The notes below the pieces were generated by a model, which worked only from the letters and a program-made list of their open reading frames with translations, made no database searches and had not been told where the DNA came from. From contig JAHBMJ010000086.1 of NCBI GenBank assembly GCA_018398765.1, forward strand, positions 1 to 57,213: 57,213 bases of DNA. The letters are read 5' to 3'. A program made the position numbers and the translations under genes. The stretch is from Chromera velia. Taxonomy: Eukaryota. This document shows, in pieces, positions 36,767 to 48,800 of the stretch. How positions within the stretch are numbered: position 1 is the first letter of the stretch; each line of letters starts with the position of its first letter.

Positions 36767-38549
36767 CTGCTAAGACTTCTGTGTGGTAAGAGGCTATACT
36801 GCTCTATAAATGTCAATGAGAAGACCCATTTTCGCTCTAGTTTCCTAGCTAATTTCAAGCTTCAATTTATTATAATTTATAGGAATTTCTGCCTAGTCCT
36901 AGCGCCAGTCTAAACCCTAGTAAACTATTTTGCTCCATTTGTGGTTATACATATATATATATATATATATACATTCATAGGATTATAGGATTACATTGCT
37001 AGTTACATTGTGTTCGGGGTTGAACCCCGAGTCTTAGAGCCCGAGACCTGCGTTCTAGTTGTCCGATGTCCGCTTTGGCGGCCTTGCACCATACATCCAT
37101 GCACATTGCTCTAGACATTACTCCATACCATACATGCATACATGCAACGACACTACACATGCATTCTTGCATCTCACTTAAATTTAAATTATTATATTGG
37201 GTTCTCCATTCCACACAGATCCAGAACCATGGCAAAACACGGCGGTGCCCGTGACTTCGCACGCCTGGGGGTAGATGCTAGCCTTCCAGGTTTCCCTCTT
37301 CCTTAAATGCCGACCAGACAAGCCGCGTTCACAGCCGCAGCCAGTTTTTGAAAAGGCGGTGCTATGTAGAAGAAGAAAATCGGAGGAGACGGCGAAAATC
37401 TGGGGGCATGACTCGATGGGGGTTTTCTACTTGGGTCAGGACGGCAAGTTACACGTATGCATACGCCATGGAACACTTCAGGACGACTGTGATGGCATGA
37501 GTTTCCCAGTATTCGAACACCAGTTGAGGAAAAGCAAAGAAAATTTAGAAAAAGAGAAAAAGAGAGAGATGGGATAGAAGAAGGCGGGTAACTTGGCTTC
37601 CCCCGGCCACCTTTTAATCCCACAGACCAGCGTTTAAAGCCAACCTTTTCTCATAGTTCAGAACAAGCCCCTTTTAAGCCGCTGAGGGTCATTTGTCGTG
37701 TTTTTACGTGTGCTTTCTCCTCTGGGGGAGGGCTGCTGAGCTTGTCTCTTACCAAACGTTGGAAGCCTCGAAGGCTAGGCCACTAGTCTAGGCAGACAAC
37801 GATGGCGTATAACGATGAATTAAATGTAATATACTTAGTAAACTTTTTAAAAAATAAATGAATTGAATGAATTAAAGTGAATTGAGGTGGTTAAAATCGG
37901 GGAGCCACCACTTAGGCTCTGGCCAACCACGGGGTATGCATGCATGGCATTGCATGGTTTGTTTAGTACGCAACCTAGGCTTGGAGGAGCGATCTCTGCG
38001 GAGCACAACTGAAAAAAGGACTACCACCTTCAGTTTTTTGTACTTGCATCTTCATTCTATACTTTTGTCATAATCCTGGCCGTTGAATTGGCGTCGATCT
38101 GAAATGGCGCCCCTGTACTAGTCTAGGACCCTGTATATTCCGGTTTAAATTTATTGGCCTAAATTCACTATAATTCATTTATAAATTTATTTAAATCCAT
38201 TCAAGTATGAGGTCATATGAGAGAGAGAGCTAGCAGTGAGAGCAGTAACCAGGACAGAAGGAAGAGACGAAAGACGTATAGGCCAGATGCTAGGAACAAA
38301 CTTTAAGTCAATGCCCCCCCCCATTCAGATCCACTTTAATAAATTCGTTTATAAATTCACTTGATCAGTTTTACAGGGTAAATGAGTGAATAAATGATTA
38401 TTTGATCATAAATGCTCTTAATTCAAATGAATAAATAAAGAGATATTAAACTAATTGATTGCAATGTCACTGCATGATTAAATTAAAACACGTGTATATG
38501 TATATATATTTGTATGTTTCTAAATAATTGAATAATAACAGGTTGTTTC

Positions 38550-38904
38550 CCAGGCCCTGCACTATAAAACTCTTTAAAAAAAAAATGGAAGTCTTATAAT
38601 TTTTTTTTTTAGAATTTTACAAAACTAAAAAGTATCTCAATCTGTTGATTTCAGTCTTCAAAAGTCATTAACATTATGACAACATAGAAACAAAGAATGT
38701 GTTAAGATGTTTCTCGAACATATTTTTTAAAAAAACATGTGTATATACACTTCAATCTAAACTGCATTTCACTTTTTTTTAGTTTTTTAGTGGATGTTCC
38801 TACTAAATCATAGTACTGATTTAGTTCTAAAATTCTAAAATTCAAACAAAAAAAAATGAGGTCTTTGATTTTTTTTTTTTGGAATTTTATAGTGCAGGGC
38901 CTAG
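38550..38904. mobile_element. MITE-like AT-rich TIR element (355 bp)
   Basis: Perfect 18-bp inverted repeat AGGCCCTGCACTATAAAA (38552-38569 and 38885-38902) that extends imperfectly inward. Flanking 8-bp direct repeat GTTGTTTC (38542-38549 and 38905-38912). Confidence 0.82.
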
Positions 38905-39765
38905 GTTGTTTCAACTTTTATGACGACATCTCGACTAACCTATTGACCTAAGTACGGACTGACTTACTCATGCAGAACATCGAATTGTCGTCAATTCGTT
39001 GCCTTTCTAAGTCAGCTTCCTTGCTTAATTGTTCTGGGATCTCATAGTTGAGAGCGCCAGTTTGTAAGAGTGTTTCAAACTTTGCATCTGGTTTGGCACT
39101 TTTCCGTTACGCGCCCCCATGCATATGCGCATATACGCAGAATTGAAGACCGGTGGGCACATACGACTCACCGTAAGGAACTTGAAGAATGCACACAACA
39201 GGACGGACTCTCTTGCTATCATCGATCTGTTTTGCACTCTCCCCTATTCTTTTCTTGCCCCCCCCATATGACAACGCCGATGACGATTGAAACAAGAGTG
39301 GACGTCTCTTCGTTTGGTTTTCAGTCGACCCGGCCGCTCGATCGTCTGACTGACCCCTTTCCCTCTTGTTCTTGTTGTTCCCGCCGCCTGCTCCGTCGGA
39401 TGATCAACTCCTGGAATTTCAAACCCCCCGAATCGGTCGTCCCGTCTTTGATCTTTCTACATGATGACCCAAATCCCCTGCAAGGCTGTGACCTGACCAC
39501 AGTCTTTTCGTTTCTCCTCAATCCTTCCTGCTAGAGCCGAAGATGCATGGCTGAGAGATTCTTTTCAGCTTGAGTTTAGGACGAGTCTTGTGCTTATGAC
39601 CTCTTTTTGTCGTTGTCTCTGTGCTCCCATCTCTCTTTTGCATGCCCAGAGAGACAACTGTCTGTCCCTCAGAAAGGTAGACACACAGCCAGGCCGACAG
39701 AGATGAAAACCGACGGTTTCAATGAACAAATGCAGGAAGGAACCGAAGAGGGACCCGGACAGTTC

Positions 39766-39800
<35 letters not shown>

Positions 39801-41344
39801 AGAGGGAGACAAAGAGACAAAAGAAGGACAAGAAGTGAAGAGGAGTCTTTAAGTGGACAGCAGCTCGAATTTACTCAGCGTATGGACCGAAGATTTCTTC
39901 TGGTTTTGAATTAATCGAATTCGATCACCTTATTGGATGAAATTCGGCAATCGAAAATATTCTTCCTCTGTTCAACAAAACAAACACGGACACAAAAGAG
40001 AAAAGCAAGCAAGACAGAAAGAGAGAATGAATGAAAGAAAGAATGAATGAAAGGGAAGTAAAGGATCGGAGGGAGAAAAGAAGCAATCAAAAGAAATGAA
40101 AGAGCAGGGCTGAGTGCCGAAGGAAGAGGGCCTAGGAGCGCTGCAGTGCGCGACAGTGCATGCAGATCGATGAGTGAGTGAGTGAGTGAGTGAGTGAGTG
40201 GGCGAGTGAGTGAGTGAGTGAGCGAGTGAGTATCTTTGGGAGAATAAATCAATCGAGAACATGAGCCAAGTGCCCGAGAGGAGACAGCGACTTTCGCTTG
40301 CCTACCTTCTTCCCTCCTTCCTTCCTTCCTTCGATCAATCGATCTTACTTTCTTCCCTTTAGACCTGACAGTTCTTCGTGTTTTTTCTTTTTTTTTCTTT
40401 TCTTTCCTGGCAACAATCTTTCAGTCTTCTCAAAGCTGGTCAATATTTCATATGCTGATTACAGATTATGCGCTGACACACTCATTCATGATGACAAAAT
40501 ACGTTCTGGCCCTCCTTTTTTGCGTTCGGGTCAGTCGAGGGCTTGCAGACGACCTGGTATGGCGGCGCATGACTCAATCACACACAGAACACAGGCAAAA
40601 GGGTACAAGTTATTGCATGCATCATGCATGTAGTTGGTGCATACAAATTCAATCCGGATCCTGATGAAGAAATTTTAAGTGGATTTGGAGGAAGGCAAAC
40701 GGGAAGGCTGCAAGAGATTTGAGGAGAAGAACTTGTCCCTTCTCATACGTACATGGATCGACCTCTTGCTGGAGTGTGTAGAGAGAAATGAATGCATTAA
40801 GTGGACAGTAAGTCTGAAAACGATTGGACAGGAGGACTCTGGTTTGTTTTCCCTCTGTTCTTCTTCTTCTTCTTGTTCGTACTTTTTTTCTTTCTTTCTT
40901 TTGTTTCTCGAAAGACGCACTAGCCTTATTCCCTGACCCCCTCTAGATCCTTCGTTTGTTTGCCCACAAAAAGACCCCCGATTCGAGCGAGGAAAGAAGA
41001 AAGGAGAAGAAAGAAGACAAGAACTGTAATGAGCAACAAATGGACCGTCTTAAGAAGCCTCGATCAGTCCATAAACCTCCATCCCCTCCCTTCCTCCCGC
41101 CCTCCCTCTCCCCACTGTTAGTGCATCATGGGAGCGTTGGTCGTATGATGGCAAAACGTACTCACCTCGCTCTGTCTTGACACTGCGGTCAGAACCCAAC
41201 AGAAAGACGAGCACAAAAGTTTGACATGCATTCGCCCCTCTGTACGCGTCCACATGTGCATACTGCTCCATCAAGCTTATGCGCAAAATGCTAGATATTT
41301 ATTCATTCATTCAGTCGACCCAAGTCACACGCTCACTCATTTCG

Positions 41345-43865
41345 TTAGTTCAGGATTTTGCTTGCGCCAAGAGGGGCCGCCTGTACAGTAGGAGGAGGCG
41401 GCTGGAAGAACCCACGCTCGGAGGTCAAGTCCTCAGGTCGCATTGGGGCCTCAATTTCCTGCAGGGAGGGAGGGAGGAAGCAGGCAGCGATGCCATTGGA
41501 AGGACAGAACAAAACCAATTCAAGCAATCGTTCTGCTGAACACCAGCACGAACCCTCCAAGGAGACCATGCAAATTCAAGTCAACTGTCTCCATGTGTAT
41601 GACTCATACTTAGGCCTTTCTTTCGGTTCGTTGATATTTTCACATGTGCTCCTGCCTCAAATTCCACAGATATTCCTACGAACAAATGCAGCTTCAGCAC
41701 GCACGACATCTCGTTCGACACTTCACGCATGAACTTTCGTGAGCACCTGCTAAGAACAAGTCGTGAAACAGACTGTGCGAATTTCCCCCCCTTTCCAGGT
41801 CTAGCTGTCAGAGAGGACAAGGCCCCCTACTGCGGCTCTCAAAGAAAAGAAAAGAAAAGAAAAGGCTGCCAGACACTATGTTGACACTTTTGGGGGGAGT
41901 CATATTAGTTGTTTTGACACGGTACGTGCACGTTACCCTGGATCCTCCATACAGATCGATTGGCACTAGAAGATCGTGGTCGGTCCTGAAGCACTTCGGT
42001 GGAATTTGTGTAGTTTTTTTAACCGCTTTCGAAACTGTGGTGATCGATCAAAGTTCGGTGCGACAAACTCACTCCATCCTCTCCGAGACACGTCTCTGCA
42101 CGTTTGCAATCTAGCTTCGTGCGTGAACGTGTGTATGTTTTGCATGGCCATGTATCAGAATCCGCATCTCAGTCTGTAAACGTCTGACTACTGACCAGCA
42201 AATGATCCGCAGGGTTGTCGTTGATCTCCGCGTCAATCGCTTTATCAACGTCCTCCTCAAATTGTGCTTCGTGGAGTTCTTGAGGCTCAGTGTTCTCTTT
42301 GCCCCCTTTTTTGTCTACAAGAGCGTCAACGTCATCCGAATTCTGCTGTGCCTGAGGTGCAGAATCTACTCCCTTCAAGTCGAAGCTCGGAGGTGAGGGG
42401 TCGTGCTGGCCGTCTCTCAAAGCTCTCTTGACAGGCGTTGTTGACATTCTTCTTTGGCCCGTGATGATCTCTGGTTGAAGTTCCTCCGGCGGTGCTTCTC
42501 CCTTGTCGATACAGGCCGCTATCCTTTTCTGCTCCTGCTGGAGCGTGGAAGTCCATTTGGATCGAACGTAGTAGACGTACCTAGAGGCAAGCAGGCAGGC
42601 AGGCAGGCAGAGGGGGACAAGGTCAGACGATCGACACACGAAAAACAACTGAAAAAGCGATTTCGTCGAAGCAAGAACTCGTCTCAAGTAGAAAGAACAA
42701 AGAGAAAAAGAGGGAATTCGCGCATGGAAGAGGAAAGAGCAAGCGGAGGCATTGCCAAGCAAGAGAAAAACCGACGAGAGAGAAAAGAGAAATAGCCACA
42801 GAGAGAGAGAGAGAGAGGGATGATACGAAGCTACCAAAGAAAAAGATAAATGCATAAATCAATCAGTAAGTAAATGAATAAAGGAAGAAAGAAAGCAGAG
42901 AGACAAAACAACAGATACAGGAGAAAAATGAAAGAACAGAAGGAAGACAAAAAAGAAAGAAAGAAAGAAAGAAAGAAAGAACGAACGAACGAAAGAAAGA
43001 AAGAAAGAAAGAAAGAAAGAAGGAAAGAAAAAGAAACAAAAAAGAGAAAGAAAGAAATAATGGAAGAGTAATTGGTAATAAATGAGAAAAATTGCTAACC
43101 CGGAGAAAGCCAATTTGGAGATCAAGTCCATTGTTGACAGCACGATCACCTCTGCTTGTGGAGGAATTGCCCTCGCACCCATCGGCCCGATGATCCACGT
43201 GATCGGAAACGCAACCCAAGTGATCACCACACACACGGCAATGTACCGGAGGTTCGAGTTCCCTGCAAGCAAAAAAGAGCAGGGACGGAAACTCAACTCA
43301 AACCTCTGCTGTTGCACACGAATGTCTCGAAGATGACCCTTTCCCTACCGCGAGAGGATCCCTCCGGCATGATGCAAAGATTGCAATCGGATTGACCCAT
43401 GTAGTGAGTGTTGCTACAGGAGCACGCTTTCAGGCTTTCTGTTCGGTCAGGACTGTGGGGAGACCGAAGTAAAGGAGGACGGAAACAGATTCAGATTCAA
43501 TGCAACATCACAGGAGGTACGCATATCCCCCGCCTAGCTGAGCGCAGATCGATGGGTTTCCTTCGGAGAGACACGAAAGAAAGAAAGAAAACAAATGGTG
43601 CCGCCTTTTCGATCGATCGATCGAAGCCCTCGATCGAGCTGAAGTATGTGCACACCATGCGGTGGCATTTCTATTTCTTTTTGACTCTTCTTCTCTATCT
43701 CTTTTCTCTCCTTTTGCCATCCACTCATTGCATCCCTTCAGGAAGGCGAAAGGAGTCGAAGATACCTGAATGAACAGAACGACCGGGCTTTTCAGGTGCT
43801 TCCTGCTTGGATGGCTGACAGGCCTTTCATACCTTCGGCCTCCTTCTTCTCCTCTCTCTCTCTCT

Positions 43866-43913
<48 letters not shown>

Positions 43914-45269
43914 TCTCCATATTGTACCTGGTAGACGTTCTTTTCGTTCACCCCTGAAAGGACAAACGCAACAAGGGCTGTCGCAACCACGCAACGCAAT
44001 ACTCGTTGAAATATCCAATTAAGAGAAAGACTGGCAGACCTTTGAAAAGGTTGTCGTGGTTCTCGGAGGTTTCCCTCACAGCCCAGTCGAGGTTCACGAC
44101 CAGGAGCACAAAGAAGGAAGCACCGAGGCCGAATGCCATCATACGGTAACGGAACTCAGGGATCGAGTTGGCCCACAGACCGAGGACCAGCATGAGGAAG
44201 GTACAGAGGACCAGCTCGACCTGCCTCTGCTTCTTGCTCCTTGCGAGCAGAGAAACCTGCCAGCTCAGAAGAGGACACGTGATGGCGAACTGGACGAACC
44301 TGCACGCAGATCCAGATGGAATGAATGAAGCATGCTAGACACACTGATGATTGATACATGCATTTGCAGGCTAATTCTTCTTCAAAGAGAAGGGCGCTGT
44401 GTGGTGTGCATCGTAGATCTCCTCGATGGACTTCCGGTCCGGAAACACAGAAAGAAGGAAACGCAAAATGGGCTTGTGGATGCTGGACCGTAGTCGGAGG
44501 CGCTGCATGTTCTCATGCAACTGGATATGGTACTTGCTTTCACAAACAAAGCGAGCAAACCTGAACGACCTTAAGGGCGCTAGCGTCCCAACAAACAAAA
44601 AAGCACATTACTTGTTGACGACGTTCTCCCTCTGTCCATGCACCGAGGATCCTCTACAGGCAATACACGGGGGCATTTGTGCACTCTGTGCCAAGTCCAC
44701 GATGTGTCGGCCCCCTCCCTCCAAAGTGACTGACCTTCCGATGTCGTTGCGCGTGCAATCCTCGAAAATGACATCGTCGACTTGCGAGAGCATGATGAGG
44801 TTGTGGCACCCCGAGAAGAGCATGATGTAGCCATTCAGGGAAGTGCACATGGAAAACACGGTCAGGTGCTCGTCCTTGTAGTTGGGGTCGGGAAACCGGG
44901 TCCAGTAGAACAAACCGACCTGAAATCAGGAGCCGAATTAATGAAACAAACAACACAAAAAGCACGCACACAAAGGAAGAAGAACTTAATTCGCTTCTGC
45001 ACGCGTACAGACGTAGGCTGTCTGGCAACAGAGTACTAGCATGCAGATGTTCAAGCTTATCCGATTGAAGCGCACTGACTACGGAAACTGACCGCCACAA
45101 ACAACGACGCCTGGGCGATCCGAATGTAAAATGTGGTCTCGCTCATTTCTTCGATGTTTCCGTCGGCAATACACTCTGCCAGATAATCCCGTGTGCCCTC
45201 CGCACATGACACAAGAAAAGACAGCCCAGCAAGAAGCAGGGCAAAACGGGGCATCATGTACGGAACCAT
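41345..45269 (-). CDS. Microbial (type-1) rhodopsin with QTQ helix-C motif, signal peptide and acidic C-terminal tail; 6 exons, ~427 aa (398 aa if the last intron is retained, stop 42169)
   Basis: Exons 45269-45093, 44919-44735, 44299-44040, 43262-43100, 42580-42196 and 41458-41345 join in frame. Helix C RFVQFAITCPLLSWQ, helix D LVLCTFLMLVLG, helix F TWVAFPITWIIGP, helix G MDLISKLAFSG (Schiff-base Lys codon 43114-43116). Confidence 0.88.
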
Positions 45270-45866
45270 TCTTGTCTACCGGGATTCGTTTTGAACACGC
45301 AACCGGAGTGAATATATATACCCGACAAACGCGCGTTCCAACAATCAGCGACTGGCTACGAAGGTACAGAGAACTTCTATCACAAGAATGCCGGCTTCGA
45401 AGGACACAGCTAGGAGGCCAGACACACCGATGAAACACGCATACTATACCATGCATCGCCTCGTATATATATATATATATATATGAAGCATGCACTTCAA
45501 AATGGCCCCGGCCCCGGCATGCATGCCTGAGTTTGCGTCTAAAGTTTTTTAGTTACTACATGCATGCTGAGCGAGAGTACTTCGGACATACTTCGGACAC
45601 AATTAAGGCTAGCTGAACTCTGAAGATGAGTGTGACATTGTACGTGTGACTGGACGAGAAAGATCGGGAAAGGACTGAGGATGACTGGGGCAGACTTTGA
45701 CTCCCACTTGCAATCTTGCATCCGTTGAACCTCGACAGCTCCTCGTGTATTCAAAAGGAAAGTGAGTCTCCGTCTGGCAACACTGACTGGTGTTCCAAGA
45801 GTGCAAGTGTTGCACGGCTGTCCTTACAATCGAACTGATTGATCAGCACTCCTAGACTCAGGAAAG

Positions 45867-48800
45867 ATGAGTGCAGAACTGGACGCAGCTGCCAAGGCCT
45901 TTCTCTCAGAGTTTGACCAGTACCTGTTCGAACTCACGGACGCAATCAAGAAGAAGCCGACAAAACGAGCAGCCAACACTGAATATGTTAGTTACTTTGT
46001 TGGAGTGAGTGTTGTTTCGCAATCGCTTTGCCACATTATATTTCTGTCACCCTACTCGCCTTTTCCTTCTGTATCTGCACCAGACACTTCACCCTGTTTC
46101 TCTCAACCCCTGCATTTCGCCTTTCGAGTCATGATGAATAAATGCATGAGTGCAGATCGAGCGAGTCCGAAAGCTTCGCAATGCTGCTGTGGCCCTTCTG
46201 TCAAGATCGAACGTCCCCCAACGAGAGATTCTCTCTAGAGTGCAAAACTTTGCCCTCTTCCTGGTCAACAGAGAGGAAGTGGACCTCTGTTGGCAGGAGG
46301 TCATCTCCGGACCTCTGGGGGAGCGGTTCGAGGCCTCTCTGAAGAACTTTGAGGAGATCGCCAAGGGAATCAAAGATGTGCCTGGGAGAGAGGAAGGGGA
46401 GGAGCCCAGCAATACGGTCATCTCAGGTTTCACGCCAAGTAAAAGGAGGTTGCGTATCATGGCAGACAGGAAATACGCAGACGGATTGGCTGACACCCTT
46501 GTTTGGAAGGCCTGCAGGGCCCTCTGTTCCTACAGAATCCTCACCCGCAGAGATGCAACCATGCGGAGGGTTGACACTGTCAGAGGTCTTCGCGTTGCGC
46601 TGGACGATCTGACCTCTGTGGTTCGGCTTCTGAACGCTCAGAAGCGATTCGTCAGGGAGAGCCTCAGCTGGCTTCTCTTCAACGCCTCCCTCCACGCTCT
46701 GCGAGTTGCACGCACGCTCCAATCCCGCAACTTTGGCTGGGTCGGTTCGGCCTCTGTCGCCTTCTGTGCGTCTGCAATCTCAAACTGCGAACCTCTGGTC
46801 AAGCCCTTCCTTCTCCCTTGGCGCCTCCGTCTGCTCCTGGAAGTCCTCAGAGGGTGTGAGGGGACGGGGAGGTTTGGAGACGCTGTGCGCGCGTGCGAGA
46901 CGTTTCTGGCACAAGTTGACGTATGTGAGGCAATAGAGAGGGCAGGGGCCTCGGGGACCTCTCCCTGGGAGCACCAGAGGCTGATTGTGGCGGCGCGCAC
47001 GAGGGTGCAGATCTTGAAGGTCAAATACGAATTCTGGAAGGGGACCAAGGACGCACAGGGTCAGCCTGCACCTGCGTGCTCCCTCTCTCTCTCTCTGTCT
47101 CTCTCACACACACATACACATATACAGGGGGGGAGAGAGAGAGACGGAGGCAGAGCGTGACGACAAGATGAGTGTGGCTGGTTTTAGATGGGTGACCAAC
47201 AAAGTGGCAGGCAGGCAGGCAGGCAGCCAGACAGATAGGCAGATAGAGAGACAGAGACCCCAACCAACTGTATGTGTGATACTGAACTCTTTTCTTGGTT
47301 GGTTTAGATTTGCCCTCTGAAATCATTCCGCTCTAATCAACAAATTCAAAACCATGCTGTAACTACTTTGCCTTCTCCTCTCCCCCCCCNNNNNNNNNNN
47401 NNNNNNNNNNNNNNNNNNNNNNNNNNNNNNNNNNNNNNNNNNNNNNNNNNNNNNGTGCAGGCCTCCTTGAATCCCTCCAGGCTCTCTGCACAGTGCTGCC
47501 AGTGCCCCCACCTGCAAAGGGAAAACCCAAGACCGACAGCCAGAACGCCCCCGCCCCGGGAAAAGCGACAAGCCCCCCCCCCAAAGGAAAAGCCCCCCCT
47601 CCAGGGACAAAGGACGAAGCAGGGATTGCAAAGGGACCCAAGGGGGGGCAGTGGGAGGAGCCCCAACCTTTTCCTGAGGGGCTTACGGCTTTACTTCTAG
47701 AGTGCGGTCGGCTGTCTCGCCCGATGGATGGAGGGCATTGGGACCCCGGAAGTGGAATCCCGTCGGGGGCCTTGGTGGGTACGTCTTTCTCCCTCTCCCT
47801 CTCCCTAGCTTTTTCTGTGTCCCTCTCTGTCTCCCTCTCCAAAGCGGATTGATCTCTCTGTGTTTTTTCTGGTGTCCATGCGTCATGAATCCTTTTTGCT
47901 GCGTTTTCGTGAATCCTTCATTCCCTCTGCACATGCGGGACTTTCGGCTTCTTTTCTGTGTTCTCATACAGTCGACCTGTCTTATTATTTATGGCCCTCG
48001 TAAACGGGACATGGAAGCTGACCGATTGATTCTGAATGGATGCTATGCCCCCCCATCAAAAGAAAAGGAAGCTCCAACATTCTTGCATCAAATATGATTT
48101 GTGAACACCGATGGACGTGTGTGTATGCCTGCGTGTGTTCGTGTGTATGCCTGCTTGTGTTCGTGTGCATGCCTGCTTGTGTTCGTGTGTATGCCTGCTT
48201 GTGTTCGTGTGTATGCCTGCTTGTGTTCGTGTGTATGCCTGCTTGTGTTCATGCAGCCCCCCCCTGCCTCCCTTCCTGTGGACGGTTTTTTTGACCCAGC
48301 GTTGCTGGCAGAGGAAGCAGCAGCAGCAGCAGCGCAGGCAGCCGGGGCATCGGGGGTGAAGGAAGGGGCAGATGCGGCCAAGGGGAAGGGGGCAGATGCA
48401 GGAGGAAAGGGAAAGGGGGCAGCAGCAAAGGGTGCAGCTAAGGGAGGAGCAAAGGGGGGGGCAGAGGCCTCCCCACCCCCAGCCGGTGATCCCTCCTTTC
48501 CTGCGCCCTCTCTCTCCGACATCCGCGTTAAGCAGGCGGCTCTCCTCGAGAAGACCCTCTCTGTTGCCCTCCCCCAGGCGGAGACGGTGACTGCCCTCCA
48601 GCAGGCCCTCGAGAGAACCCTCCAGTACCATCTGAAGGCAAGACTCTCGGCAGAGGAGACGGGAGAGAAACCGCCTGATGGAGGAGCCGGAGGTGGAAAG
48701 GCCAAAGCGCCACCTGCAAAAGCGAAGGCTCCAGCCGGCGGTCAGTCGGTGCCTTCCCCCCCCCCTCTCTCTCTTCCTCCTTCTGTTTGTCTGTGTGTGT

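Noticed and set aside
39025..41340. Possible additional gene downstream of the rhodopsin
   Set aside because: Only short ORFs interleaved with microsatellites; I could not build a coherent exon chain or recognise a domain.
48121..48250. Possible CRISPR-like array
   Set aside because: Head-to-tail 22-bp units with no unique spacers, in a eukaryotic intron, with no cas genes.
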